64,000 bases of DNA from an uncultured Verrucomicrobiae bacterium (GCA_963837955.1 CAWIPH010000002.1:2016001-2080000), one strand, 5' to 3'. Positions 17,265 through 27,564 are shown, numbered from the stretch's first letter. Made by a program: numbers and translations. The notes: a model not told the origin generated them from the sequence alone.

Positions 17265-19118
17265 ATGCCATTCGACGTTTTCATCTGCTACGCGATGGCG
17301 GACAAGCTGACAGCCGACGCAGCATGTGCTGCTCTTGAGGCTTCTGGAATCCGATGCTGGATGGCGCCGCGCGATGTGTTGCCGGGGATGGATTATGCCG
17401 AAGCTATCATCGAAGCAATCGAACATTGCCGAGGTATGCTGCTGATTTTTTCGTCAAGCGCAAACCGATCCAATCAGGTAAAGCGCGAGGTCGAACGAGC
17501 GGTGCACCATGGAATCCCGATCATCCCGTTTCGGATCGAAGATGTACCTCCTTCGCGAACGCTCGAATTTTTTATCAGCGCGCCTCATTGGCTCGATGCG
17601 CTAACTCCGCCGCTCGAGGAACATTTGAAGCGGTTGAGTGCGATGATGCAAGTGTTGCTAGATCGAAGGAGAGCCGAGCTACCGGAGCAGCCAAGCCGTC
17701 CTGGTAGTGGTCAAGGGATTTCCGCTAAATCTGCAAGTGTCCCGCCGGCGACCTCTCGCACCTCCGGAGGTAGGTCACTCGTTTGGATTGTGATTGGTGG
17801 GTTAGCGGTTGTGCTGTTAGGCGGGTTTTTCGTTATTGCGTTGCTCGTGCTTTTCTTTGCCCGAGGTCCTGCACCTACTTCCGCTTCCAAAGAGGGACCG
17901 AACCCCGTGCCTTCGGCGATCGGGCAGGTGACACCATCGCCTATCCAACAGGTGTCGCCGGGTCCGCAGCCGCGGGCCTCGATCAAGGGGGAAGCCCAAA
18001 CGCTACTGAACGAAGGCGATCGAGCCGAAAAGCAGGGGCAATATCAAAGTGCGCTGGTGAAGTACAACGAGGCGCTTGAGCTCGATCCGGATTCGGCGGA
18101 CCTCTACAACGCGCGCGGCATTGTCTATTACGGTATGCATTCCTATGATTTAGCGATCAAGGACTACGATCAAGCGGTTCGGCTGAGTCCGCAGGCCTAC
18201 TACGCTTTTTCTAACCGAGGGAACGCTCTCGGCCAACTCGGGCGTCATAGCGAAGCGATCAAAGATTATAACGAAGCGATTCGGATCAAGCCGGATTACG
18301 CCTACGCGTTTAACGGCCGAGGCCTGGCTTATTATAACCAAGGCGATAGCGATCGAGCCATCACCGACTACACAGAGGCGATTCGACTAGATGCCAAGTA
18401 TGTCAACGCCTATAACAACCGCGGAAATGCGTACGAAGCGAAGCAGCAATACGATACCGCGCTGGCCGATTTCAATCAGGCCATCCAACTTGATGGCAAT
18501 TACGCGTATGCCTACAACGGCCGGGCAATAGTCTCTTATGATCGCGGCGAGTACGACAAAGCGATCGCGGACTATACGATAGCAATCCGGCTCTCGCCTA
18601 AATACGTTGCGGCCTATACCAATCGAGGCAATGCCTACGAACGAAAACGCCAATATCAAGCAGCCATAGCCGATTATAACACTGCGATCGGTCTCGACGG
18701 TAAATACGCCTCCGCCTACAACGGGAGAGGAATCGTTTACGACGACGAGCACCAATATGAAAAAGCGATTGGTGACTATGCCGACGCGATTCGTTTGAAT
18801 CCGAATTACTCCTACGCTTACAACAATCGGGGGAATGCGCTATGCAGTCTCCGTCGATATGATGAAGCGCTCAATGACTATAACGACGCGCTGCGCATTT
18901 ATCCAAACTACGTATATGCCTACAATGGGCGCGGGGTTACCTACTACAACAAAGGTGACTATCAGCGAGCGATTGCTGATTATACGCACGCGATCAGTCT
19001 CAATCCAAATTACGCTCTAGCTTACAAGAACCGCGGATTGGCTTACGAAAAGACCGGCGCGAAGGACAAGTCCAAAGCAGATTTCGCCGCGGCCCATCGG
19101 CTGGATTCGAGCCTGTGA
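17265..19118 (+). CDS. TIR domain - transmembrane helix - TPR repeat protein (11 TPRs)
   Basis: N-terminal FDVFICYA...GIRCWMAPRDV.PG.DY...I.EAI...SNQVKREVERA (TIR), one hydrophobic helix, then 34-aa repeats. ATG 17265 chosen by alignment with the paralog. Confidence 0.9.
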   Translation: MPFDVFICYAMADKLTADAACAALEASGIRCWMAPRDVLPGMDYAEAIIEAIEHCRGMLLIFSSSANRSNQVKREVERAVHHGIPIIPFRIEDVPPSRTLEFFISAPHWLDALTPPLEEHLKRLSAMMQVLLDRRRAELPEQPSRPGSGQGISAKSASVPPATSRTSGGRSLVWIVIGGLAVVLLGGFFVIALLVLFFARGPAPTSASKEGPNPVPSAIGQVTPSPIQQVSPGPQPRASIKGEAQTLLNEGDRAEKQGQYQSALVKYNEALELDPDSADLYNARGIVYYGMHSYDLAIKDYDQAVRLSPQAYYAFSNRGNALGQLGRHSEAIKDYNEAIRIKPDYAYAFNGRGLAYYNQGDSDRAITDYTEAIRLDAKYVNAYNNRGNAYEAKQQYDTALADFNQAIQLDGNYAYAYNGRAIVSYDRGEYDKAIADYTIAIRLSPKYVAAYTNRGNAYERKRQYQAAIADYNTAIGLDGKYASAYNGRGIVYDDEHQYEKAIGDYADAIRLNPNYSYAYNNRGNALCSLRRYDEALNDYNDALRIYPNYVYAYNGRGVTYYNKGDYQRAIADYTHAISLNPNYALAYKNRGLAYEKTGAKDKSKADFAAAHRLDSSL

Positions 19119-19363
19119 ATGAGCGTGCCGGCGTATCGGCGTGGGAGCGGGGCCCGGTCTAACAAGATTCTGTCACACTCTGGGTTCGGCGGTCCGGGAG
19201 GACACGCCCTACCGACGTCAGGTTCTGCCCCGCTCCCACGCCGATACGCTCTTCACTCTCCTCGGGGAACGCGAATTTTGATTGAGGTTGCGACCCAAAA
19301 TCTTTAGACGGATAGGGCGAGAAAGACGCAATCAAAGGTTTTTTTCTCGTCTTTCAAATCACC

Positions 19364-21538
19364 ATGCCACTCGACGTCTTTATAAGCTATGCGCTCGCCG
19401 ATAAGTTGACCGCTGACGCGGCGTGCGCCGCGCTCGAAGCCGAGGGAATTCGTTGCTGGATCGCCCCGCGAGATGTGCTTCCTGGAATGGACTATGCCGA
19501 GGCGATCATCGAGGCGATCGAGAAAGCGCGGGGCATGCTGCTCATCTTTTCGTCCAACGCGAATCGTTCAAACCAAGTGAAGCGAGAGGTGGAACGGGCG
19601 GTCCACCATGGCATTCCAATTATTCCGTTTCGGATCGAAGATGTGCCACCCAACCGAGCCTTGGAATATTTTATCAGCGCTCCTCATTGGCTGGACGCTT
19701 TAACGCCGCCTTTGGAGCAGCATCTAAAGCATCTCGCATCAACTATCGGAATGCTCCTTAACCGAGCCGATGCCGAGGCTGGGGTGGCGACACCTCAATC
19801 ACGTCCTGGGTCCGCTCAGACCGCCGAGCCTCGAGGAAATTTCGTAGCCCCGTCCGTCTCTCCCGTAGGACCGAGCGCAAGCGGGACACCGCTTAATCCG
19901 GCAACCAAAGCTGGATCCGCCCAGGATCCGCGGGCCGCCGGCGTTCCCGCCGTCACAATCCCGCCCAAGTCGAACGCGCCGGTCGTGATTTTGATTCTGG
20001 TCGGAGTCGTGGGCGTTATTGTTGCCGGCATGTTATTCGTTGCCATTGCGGCGTTCTTTTTCTTCCAGCGCCCGGGCGTAAGGCCGTCTCCGTCACCTTA
20101 CGTGCTCAACACGACGCCTACGCCGTCGACTCGGGTCAGTCCTCCTAGCACGCCGTTCGCAATCACAACGCCGATGCCCGCAACGATCCCCGGGGATAGC
20201 TATTCCGATCTGAAGAGCGCGCTGGATGCAGCGAAGAACTACGAAAACGATGGGAACTATGAAAAGGCGATTGCTGCCTACAACGCAGCGATCGGCTTCG
20301 ACCCAAAAGACTCCGCAACCCTATATAAGCGGGGATATTGCTACAAACAGCTCGGACAGTACGATAAGGCAATCGAGGATTACAACGCGGCGATCGGTCT
20401 CGATTCAAAGAATCCCAATTATTTCAACGATCGGGGCATCGCCTACTGGAAAAAGGGGGACGATGACCGAGCAATTGCGGATTTCAACAATACCCTGCAA
20501 CTCAATCCCAAGTACGCTTACGCTTACAACAACCGAGGGCTGGCTTACTACGATAAAAAGGAAACTGCGCGCGCAGTCAGCGACTACGAGCAATCGATGC
20601 AACTCGATCCCAAGTATGCCGATCCGTACTACAATCGAGGAATCTATTATTATGATAAGGAAGATTACGAGTCCGCGATCAAAGACTACAGCGCCGCCGT
20701 CGAACGCGATTCTAAGTATGCGAACGCATTTTATAATCGCGGTCTGTGCTACCAGACACTGAAACAGAACGACAAAGCGATCAGCGACTATACTTCGGCC
20801 ATCCAGATTAACGCGAACTTCATCGACGCTTACAATAATCGGGGCCTGATCTATCTTCGCCTTGGTGACTACGATCGGGCGATTCAAGATTACGACGAAG
20901 CCATCTCCCGGAATGCCAGTTACTATCTGGCCTATTACAACCGAGGAATCGCCAACGCAAAGAAGAAGCAGTACGATGTTGCCATCAATGATTACACCGA
21001 AGCGGTTCGTCTAAATCCGGACTATGAAAGTGCGTATTTCAACCGCGGCGACAGCTATAGCGCCAAAGGCGATTACGATCGGGCGATCAGCGACTACAGC
21101 GTGGCGATTCATTTAGCTCCCCGGAATGCCGATAGTTTTAACGATCGCGGGATCGCTTATTTTCATCTGGGCCAATACGACAAAGCGATCGAAGATTATA
21201 CGCAAGCTATCTCGCTCAACTCGAACTACGCGGAGGCTTTCTATAATCGGGGCAACGCCTACACTAACGCCGGTTCTTACGCCCTGGCCGTCAACGATTT
21301 TAATGTGGCGCTACGGCTAAAACCGAACAATCCGGATACATACAATAACCGCGGAATCGTTTACTACGATCAAGGCGAGTACGATCGAGCGATCAGTGAT
21401 TACAACGAAGCTCTTCGCATTGATTCAAGTTATGCCCGGGGTTACCAGAACCGCGGTCTTGCCTACCAGAAGAAAGGGATGACCGAAAGGGCGAATAAGG
21501 ATTTCGACCAGGCCAAGAAACTCGGCTTCAAAGACTAA
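19364..21538 (+). CDS. TIR domain - transmembrane helix - TPR repeat protein (13 TPRs)
   Basis: LDVFISYA TIR domain nearly identical to the previous gene, TM helix VVILILVGVVGVIVAGMLFVAIAAFFFF, and 13 canonical TPRs. Confidence 0.92.
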   Translation: MPLDVFISYALADKLTADAACAALEAEGIRCWIAPRDVLPGMDYAEAIIEAIEKARGMLLIFSSNANRSNQVKREVERAVHHGIPIIPFRIEDVPPNRALEYFISAPHWLDALTPPLEQHLKHLASTIGMLLNRADAEAGVATPQSRPGSAQTAEPRGNFVAPSVSPVGPSASGTPLNPATKAGSAQDPRAAGVPAVTIPPKSNAPVVILILVGVVGVIVAGMLFVAIAAFFFFQRPGVRPSPSPYVLNTTPTPSTRVSPPSTPFAITTPMPATIPGDSYSDLKSALDAAKNYENDGNYEKAIAAYNAAIGFDPKDSATLYKRGYCYKQLGQYDKAIEDYNAAIGLDSKNPNYFNDRGIAYWKKGDDDRAIADFNNTLQLNPKYAYAYNNRGLAYYDKKETARAVSDYEQSMQLDPKYADPYYNRGIYYYDKEDYESAIKDYSAAVERDSKYANAFYNRGLCYQTLKQNDKAISDYTSAIQINANFIDAYNNRGLIYLRLGDYDRAIQDYDEAISRNASYYLAYYNRGIANAKKKQYDVAINDYTEAVRLNPDYESAYFNRGDSYSAKGDYDRAISDYSVAIHLAPRNADSFNDRGIAYFHLGQYDKAIEDYTQAISLNSNYAEAFYNRGNAYTNAGSYALAVNDFNVALRLKPNNPDTYNNRGIVYYDQGEYDRAISDYNEALRIDSSYARGYQNRGLAYQKKGMTERANKDFDQAKKLGFKD

Positions 21539-23550
21539 TCCTTATTCGTGATGGGTGAGCTCAAACGGAATAAGGGATAGCGCCCATATTTTTTTGCGAA
21601 ATCAATTTGTCCCAGATAATCGAATCCGAATTCCAAGGTTTCTTCGCCGCGTTGTTTTCGCGCATAATTTGCGATGGTCGCGTAAGACATGAACGCTTCG
21701 GTTGCCCAGACTTCACCTTCCCGAACCATCGGTTCAATTCTGGCCGCATGGCTGACGTGCGATCCAGTAAAAGTGATTTGGCGAATCACCGGATCTACAC
21801 AGAGCGTCACGGGCCCTGTGTGCAGGCCGACGCGCAGGTCCATCTTAGCAGTGAGATGCGTTCGCCAACTGCCGCTTTGCACGACTCGCAAAAGACGCAA
21901 AGCGACGGTGCCGGCGGCTACCGGATCATCGAACACCAGGTAGACGGCGTCTCCCCAAGTGTTGGTTAGAACCGGGCGAGGGGGTTGAGAAATCAACTGC
22001 GAGATCATGCCCAGGAATTCGGGCGCAAAATATTCGATCTGTTCCTCCGGTATCTTGCTGTAACCGACGACGTCAGCAAACAATAGCGTCTTCACCGCCT
22101 GCTGGCCCTGGCTTACTTTTACTTCATCAAAAGCAAATGAATGATGTTCCGGGGGGGCTTCGATAACGGAAATGCCGCTGATACGAGAGAGGTCAATGAT
22201 TTCCACGGCGTGTTGGCGAGATCGCCAGAAGTGAACGAAGCTCGATGTCCCACCTAGTCCGTCACCCCTTTTTCCATCCCAGACTGCGACCGGCGTTACG
22301 TCGGAACCGATGGTCTCTGCGCGATAGAGAGCCATGCCATTCATGCAGTCGCTACAGTAAACGTATCCGAGATTGCCGCTGGGCGCACTCTGCTGGGAGA
22401 GGTAAGTAACTGAGGTCACTTCTACCAGGAGTTGATCAAATTTGTCGTTCCAATAAGGATCGTCATTGATGGTGACACTGGTCCGCAGAAATTCTTCTTT
22501 GCGCCAAGGCAGCACGACATGGATCTCTGCCCCGCGCTCGAGCATCGCTTCGATGAAAAGGAGATCGGAGCCGCAAGCTGCCGACGAAATGCCGATTTGG
22601 GCATCACATTGATTCAGTCGTTCTTTGATTTCCTTGGCCACAGCCGGTACCAGACGAGCCGGGAAGCGAGGTCGCACCCGATCGGGTGCGTCGATCATGT
22701 GCCCCGAGAATAGGATTACATTAGGCAGCCCGAAAATTTTCTGCAGTGATGAAAAATCCCAACCGGCAAATCCACAGATCAATTTGGCCTGCCGGCGGGT
22801 AGAGCTCAGATCACCCCAATGACGAAGGTGGTGGGCAATAGCCGATGCTCGTTGATAGTAAGAAAGTGCGGTGTGACTAAGTTCGCCTTCTCTGATCGAG
22901 AGGATCAACTCAGCTTCAGCAATCGTTGCGGATGCCCAATAGTCTTCCGGATCTTTCTGGAGGATTGCGCGGCATAAACCTTTCACTTTCTCGGCCAGTT
23001 CGCAGGCCGTCTTTCGGTTCTGTTGCCAGAGCGCGACCGTAGCGGCATTGATCGCCGGATAGTATGCGCCACTCAACTCGAAGGCTCGCAAATAAAAGGA
23101 ATGTGCCTTCTCCAAATTGGAAGCCAGAATGGCTGGTTGAGTAGCCGCTAAAGCGAGATCCTTGTAGGTGCGCCCGATCGCGCTCAAAATAGCGGCGTTC
23201 TCGGGCCGCTTCTCATGGAGTGCCAGCAGCGTCTCTCGGGCTTCGCCGATCGATCCCAGGCGGGAAAGCGCAATTGCCTTTTCGTAATCGAGGTCATCGA
23301 GCCGTTGCTCCACCAGGGCGGTCCGACTCGCTCGAAATGCCGACAGGGTATCGCGACCCTCGAGAGCGATTTCCAGAGCTAGCAGGCTCTCGCCAAAGCG
23401 CGTAGCGGCTCGACTCAGGTTGGCATAGACCGCACTCGCGGCAGGGAAATCCTCGGTAAGTTCGATCTGCCAAGCGGCGCGGTTGCTCCAGAATCTTCTG
23501 ATATTCGGAACCGATCGACAAGCTGTTGTTACTTCTTCAAGGAAAGGCAT
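21535..23550 (-). CDS. TPR-like helical domain + FSGHMID alpha/beta (SLOG-like) domain + class III nucleotide cyclase
   Basis: Cyclase motifs LFADVVGYS, TWGDA, LRVGLHTGPV, AARIEP. N-terminal GRTYKD/YYPAINAAT/DYWASATIAEA helical repeats. ATG 23550 preferred because the longer ORF starts inside a repeat. Confidence 0.85.
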   Translation of the reverse strand: MPFLEEVTTACRSVPNIRRFWSNRAAWQIELTEDFPAASAVYANLSRAATRFGESLLALEIALEGRDTLSAFRASRTALVEQRLDDLDYEKAIALSRLGSIGEARETLLALHEKRPENAAILSAIGRTYKDLALAATQPAILASNLEKAHSFYLRAFELSGAYYPAINAATVALWQQNRKTACELAEKVKGLCRAILQKDPEDYWASATIAEAELILSIREGELSHTALSYYQRASAIAHHLRHWGDLSSTRRQAKLICGFAGWDFSSLQKIFGLPNVILFSGHMIDAPDRVRPRFPARLVPAVAKEIKERLNQCDAQIGISSAACGSDLLFIEAMLERGAEIHVVLPWRKEEFLRTSVTINDDPYWNDKFDQLLVEVTSVTYLSQQSAPSGNLGYVYCSDCMNGMALYRAETIGSDVTPVAVWDGKRGDGLGGTSSFVHFWRSRQHAVEIIDLSRISGISVIEAPPEHHSFAFDEVKVSQGQQAVKTLLFADVVGYSKIPEEQIEYFAPEFLGMISQLISQPPRPVLTNTWGDAVYLVFDDPVAAGTVALRLLRVVQSGSWRTHLTAKMDLRVGLHTGPVTLCVDPVIRQITFTGSHVSHAARIEPMVREGEVWATEAFMSYATIANYARKQRGEETLEFGFDYLGQIDFAKKYGRYPLFRLSSPITNKD

Positions 23551-23630
23551 ACTCCGGAATCCGCTGTGAGAGTAACGAAAAACCGCCGAGGCTACAGAAA
23601 AAAACGAGACGCTATGTGACGTCCAGGATG

Positions 23631-23742
23631 GGGAGGGATCGCGTCCTCGCGATCCGCGGCGCACGAGGATCCGACGTCGCGCTCAAGCGTCCCGCAGCAG
23701 GCATCCAAAAGGCTATGTCGGACAGGCTGTGCGCCCTCCCCC
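23631..23742. repeat. REP-like palindrome GGGAGGGATCGCGTCCTCG family (also 39907-39958 and 44552-44673)
   Basis: The same palindromic core is seen at three intergenic sites; this copy is interrupted at 23670-23726. Confidence 0.82.
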
Positions 23743-23851
23743 ATCCGGGGCAGAGAAACCGGACTCGGCACATCGACGATCCGACGCCACTGCGCATCAC
23801 GCTCAAAGACCATACGCCTCTGCGATGTCGGATCCCGTGATCGCAGCCGAG

Positions 23852-25228
23852 TCAGCGGATCAAATCAACTGGAGAGTAGATGTATCCCGTAGAGGTCCAT
23901 AGGTACATGACTCCACGCGAAAAGCCGTTCAATGCACTGTTTGCGTCCTGACTCGTGCCGATTACCGTGTCGTCCACTTGACATAAAACCATCCCAATTT
24001 TGAGCCCGAGCTTATCGGCGGCGCTTCCCATTTCGACCTGGGTCAATAGAGCACCGTGAACTTTCGCGGGTATCGCGTAGAGCCGGCGTGCCTCATCGGT
24101 GAGCTCGCCAAATCGGACACCGGCCAGCAATGATTTCCTGGAGCCGGCCGATTTTTCGATTCCCGGTTCCTTCAATCGCGTGAGACGCATCCGGCTGTTA
24201 AGGATCGAACCGCTGCGATAGGTCGCAAACGAAACCTCGGAGTCTGGCTGGGAGAAGGTAATCAATTCCCGAAGCTGGATGGAATTTGAGACAGGCTGTC
24301 CATTAAACTGCTGGATAACATCCTTCACCCGAAGTCCAGCTCCTTGGGCGGGGCTATTCGGCGCTACCTCTGTGACAAGTACGCCCACGGTCTTTTGCGG
24401 CAATGAAAGCATTGCCGCCAGGTCCGGCGTGAGGTCCTGGAACGCTACTCCGGCATAGGCCCGATCGACTTTTCCGTTGCTCTTCAGCTCTTCGTAGACG
24501 CTTTTCACCAACGCAGAAGCGATGGCGAATCCCAGGCCAGTATTTACTTTGCTGTTGAAGACAGGCACGTACATCGAATTGATGCCGACCAGCTTACCGT
24601 CCACGTCTACCAAAGCACCGCCGGAGTTACCCGGGTTAATTGCGGCGTCAGTTTGAATGTAGTCTTCGTTGGCGGAATTGTTCAGAGAACGCCCGACAGC
24701 ACTGATAACCCCAAGAGTGACAGAGTTGGCAAAGGAGAGCGGATTGCCAATCGCTAGTACGAAATCTCCGACGTGATAACTTCCAGAGTCCGCAAACGTC
24801 AAGGTCGGCAGATTGTTGTCGTTGATTTTGATCAGCGCAAGGTCGGTCTGCGGATCTAAGCCTACGATCGTGGCCTGATAATTTTTGCCAACATCCTCTC
24901 GTTTGACCGTGATGTGTGTGGCGGTCTTAATGACGTGATAATTTGTGACGATGTATCCGTCGGGAGACAAAATAACGCCCGATCCGGTCACCGAATCCTT
25001 GCCGTTCGAGTCGTCCTGTTGGTCTGACTCGTTGTTGCTCTCCACCTTTCCGACCATTCCGGAAGCGGTAATGGAGACTACGGCCGGCGCAACCCGTTGA
25101 ATGAGTGGGGCGAAACCGCGGCGGTCGGTAGCCGGCAGTTCTGCGCGAACGCCACTAATGAGCTGCAGTATCAGAATGAAAGGTGCGATGCGCCAAACAG
25201 GAGAAGGTTGGCGAGGGCACGTTGGCAT
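23852..25228 (-). CDS. DegP/DegQ (HtrA) periplasmic serine protease with PDZ domains
   Basis: Triad motifs VTNYHV, DLALIK, IQTDAAINPGNSGGAL; two PDZ-like regions; signal peptide. Confidence 0.93.
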   Translation of the reverse strand: MPTCPRQPSPVWRIAPFILILQLISGVRAELPATDRRGFAPLIQRVAPAVVSITASGMVGKVESNNESDQQDDSNGKDSVTGSGVILSPDGYIVTNYHVIKTATHITVKREDVGKNYQATIVGLDPQTDLALIKINDNNLPTLTFADSGSYHVGDFVLAIGNPLSFANSVTLGVISAVGRSLNNSANEDYIQTDAAINPGNSGGALVDVDGKLVGINSMYVPVFNSKVNTGLGFAIASALVKSVYEELKSNGKVDRAYAGVAFQDLTPDLAAMLSLPQKTVGVLVTEVAPNSPAQGAGLRVKDVIQQFNGQPVSNSIQLRELITFSQPDSEVSFATYRSGSILNSRMRLTRLKEPGIEKSAGSRKSLLAGVRFGELTDEARRLYAIPAKVHGALLTQVEMGSAADKLGLKIGMVLCQVDDTVIGTSQDANSALNGFSRGVMYLWTSTGYIYSPVDLIR

Positions 25229-25238
25229 CGAATCGAGA

Positions 25239-25589
25239 CTACACGAGGGGGATGTCTTGCCGATCTTCAAAGACGGCTAGCTCCGTTCCCTGAGGGTGCC
25301 GGTGCCACCCAGTGTAGTATCGACCGTCGCCTGCTATCGCGGTGCCGAGAAGCACGTCGGTGTGTGGCCCGTACACCCCGTTTTCGTTTACGACGAAATG
25401 GTGACCGACCACTTCAGGCTGAGTAGCCCGAGGATACGGTTCCAAGGGAAGATGCCCCAATTCTTCGAGTCGTGCCACTGGGATGCGATACTCTTTAGCG
25501 ACCTCTTCCGGCAGCTCGTAGACAAAACCGTCCGGCCCGGTAAGAAAAATTGTGCCTAAAGGTTGTGGGAACAAACTTGGTTTACTCAT
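25239..25589 (-). CDS. Hypothetical protein, 116 aa
   Basis: ATG start preceded by a purine-rich stretch (AGAAAAGG), protein-like composition, and it ends 10 nt before the degP start. Confidence 0.7.
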   Translation of the reverse strand: MSKPSLFPQPLGTIFLTGPDGFVYELPEEVAKEYRIPVARLEELGHLPLEPYPRATQPEVVGHHFVVNENGVYGPHTDVLLGTAIAGDGRYYTGWHRHPQGTELAVFEDRQDIPLV

Positions 25590-25732
25590 ACCTTTTCTTA
25601 AGGACGGACGCGGTGCCCCGGGAAACTTGCAGACTTTACAGGAAAACTATGGAGAAAGAAGGGTTCTACATCGTCTCACAAATATTGAAATGATGCAGCA
25701 GGTTCTGACGAGTGTTTATTTCCGGAGATCGT

Positions 25733-27559
25733 ATGGCATTGCCTGAGCCGAAGAACCCGCAATCTGACATTGCCCTCCTGCTTCGTTTTCGGCGGTATTT
25801 TGTTCCCTATTTGCTTCCTGCCGGGGCCCTTATCGTTCTGGCGCTGATTCAGGCTAATCTGACTTTGCTGGCAACCGCGACCGGGCAGCGGCTGCTTGAC
25901 CATTTTCTGCACATCGTTCCCGCGGCGTCCGCTGGGCAAACCGAGAACGCTTTCCGAACCGAAGAGCTTCGAGGAGCATTGCAGATGGCGGGCTGGTTGT
26001 TGGCAGCGGCAGCGGTCGGCGTAGGCGCAAGCCAAGCTCGCAGCGCGATCCACGAAAGATTCACGGTGCGGCTGCAGCGAGAAGTCCTCGACAGTCTAAT
26101 CCACGAAGATGGCGAAGCCCGCGCTTCCCGCCAGAGCGGGTCGACTCTGCGGACGTATATTTCCGATGCGTCGAGTCTTAGCGCTTTTCTAGTATTTGGC
26201 ATAGTCGGGGTAGGGGAACACCTGGTTCGTTTGATCACTTACGTCGTCGGCCTGTGGGGCATTCCGGGCGGTTGGAAAATTGTGTTCGTAGTGGGTGGTC
26301 TAGGAATTCTTTTTCAGACTTTTGTAATCAAGGCGTTTGCCAGGGCCGAGCGAAAGACCGGAGAAAAGGCTGATCAACTGAGTGAGAACCTTTTCAATAA
26401 GGCTAGCCGGTATTTCGAAGTGTTGGAGCGTCTCCTATTTTTCGGAGGCGAAAGAACGGTCGCGAAGGAAATGAATGAATGCGCGCGAGAAGGAGCAAAG
26501 GTCAAACGCAAGTCACTCCTGCTCTCGGCCAGTCGCGAAGCTGTCTCCGGGATATTGATTACGATCTCCTTACCGCTCACGGTGCTGCTGCTCTTAGGGT
26601 CGCCCGGCTTCTCTCCCGGATCCGTGGTGCAAGCGCAGATGCTTACTAATCTCTTCTTGTTGTCGATCGGGGCGCTTTGTGCGGTTCCAGCCACGCTTCG
26701 CCAATTTGTTCCGGGCTTGCATCGAATCAACGCGTTGCTCCAGATCCCGCGGTCTCCGGAACCGCCCGCTGCAGTCGATGCTCTAGCTGACCAAAGCTGT
26801 GGCGCCGCTCTCCGAGTACGCGGACTCCAATTTGCGTTCTCTGGAAATGGAAAAGAATTATTTCGCGACTTCGACATCGAGATCCCGGCCGGAGCGATTG
26901 TCGGCTGGGTTGGTCGTTCCGGCTGCGGCAAATCGACTTTGGCAAAGCTGCTTGTGGGTGACCTGCGCCCAAGCGCGGGCTCGATTTGGATCGACGAGGA
27001 AGAGATTACACACTGGCCGATTCATTGGCGCAGACGCGTCATCGGCTATCTGCCAACCGGGTTCGGTTTTTTGGATGGAACTCTGGAACAAAACGTTCTT
27101 TTTGGCCGCCCAAAAGAAGCTGTCGGCGATGTGCGAGCCGCTCTTGATTTGTCTGGTGTGACCGACTTCATGCAGGAGCAAAAAATCGATCTGAGCTACA
27201 AAATCCGAAGTCTGTCCGGGGAAGGTTTTCTTTCTTTTGGTCAACGTCGCCGAGTCGGTCTGGCCCAATTATTGTGCGGTAGAAACCGTTTGGTCATCCT
27301 CGACGAACCGGGAGCGAGCCTTGATCCTCAATCGATGCAAAGGATCGCTCACAACCTGCGCTGGGCTCTCGCCAATCGGACCGCGATTGTCATTACGCAT
27401 GACCCCGATATTTTCGAAACAGATTTCAACATTTTCTTCATAAATGGGGAAATCGCCGATATCGGTCCACACGAAGATCTGTTGTTGCGCAACGCGCAAT
27501 ACGCCGAGTTGATCCGGACCGTCATGGCGGATCGCGGGAAGCAAAGGGGAGGAGCGTGA
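25733..27559 (+). CDS. ABC exporter, fused permease/ATP-binding protein
   Basis: N-terminal TM helices; Walker A GRSGCGKS, signature LSFGQ, Walker B VILDEP, H-loop ITHD. Confidence 0.9.
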   Translation: MALPEPKNPQSDIALLLRFRRYFVPYLLPAGALIVLALIQANLTLLATATGQRLLDHFLHIVPAASAGQTENAFRTEELRGALQMAGWLLAAAAVGVGASQARSAIHERFTVRLQREVLDSLIHEDGEARASRQSGSTLRTYISDASSLSAFLVFGIVGVGEHLVRLITYVVGLWGIPGGWKIVFVVGGLGILFQTFVIKAFARAERKTGEKADQLSENLFNKASRYFEVLERLLFFGGERTVAKEMNECAREGAKVKRKSLLLSASREAVSGILITISLPLTVLLLLGSPGFSPGSVVQAQMLTNLFLLSIGALCAVPATLRQFVPGLHRINALLQIPRSPEPPAAVDALADQSCGAALRVRGLQFAFSGNGKELFRDFDIEIPAGAIVGWVGRSGCGKSTLAKLLVGDLRPSAGSIWIDEEEITHWPIHWRRRVIGYLPTGFGFLDGTLEQNVLFGRPKEAVGDVRAALDLSGVTDFMQEQKIDLSYKIRSLSGEGFLSFGQRRRVGLAQLLCGRNRLVILDEPGASLDPQSMQRIAHNLRWALANRTAIVITHDPDIFETDFNIFFINGEIADIGPHEDLLLRNAQYAELIRTVMADRGKQRGGA

Positions 27560-27564
27560 GAAGG

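Noticed and set aside
23551..23664. N-terminal extension of the cyclase ORF (similar extensions on the 52490, 46086, 41366, 34154 and 11820 starts)
   Set aside because: Extensions run through repeats, intergenic DNA or the neighbouring gene; downstream ATGs fit the domain starts better.
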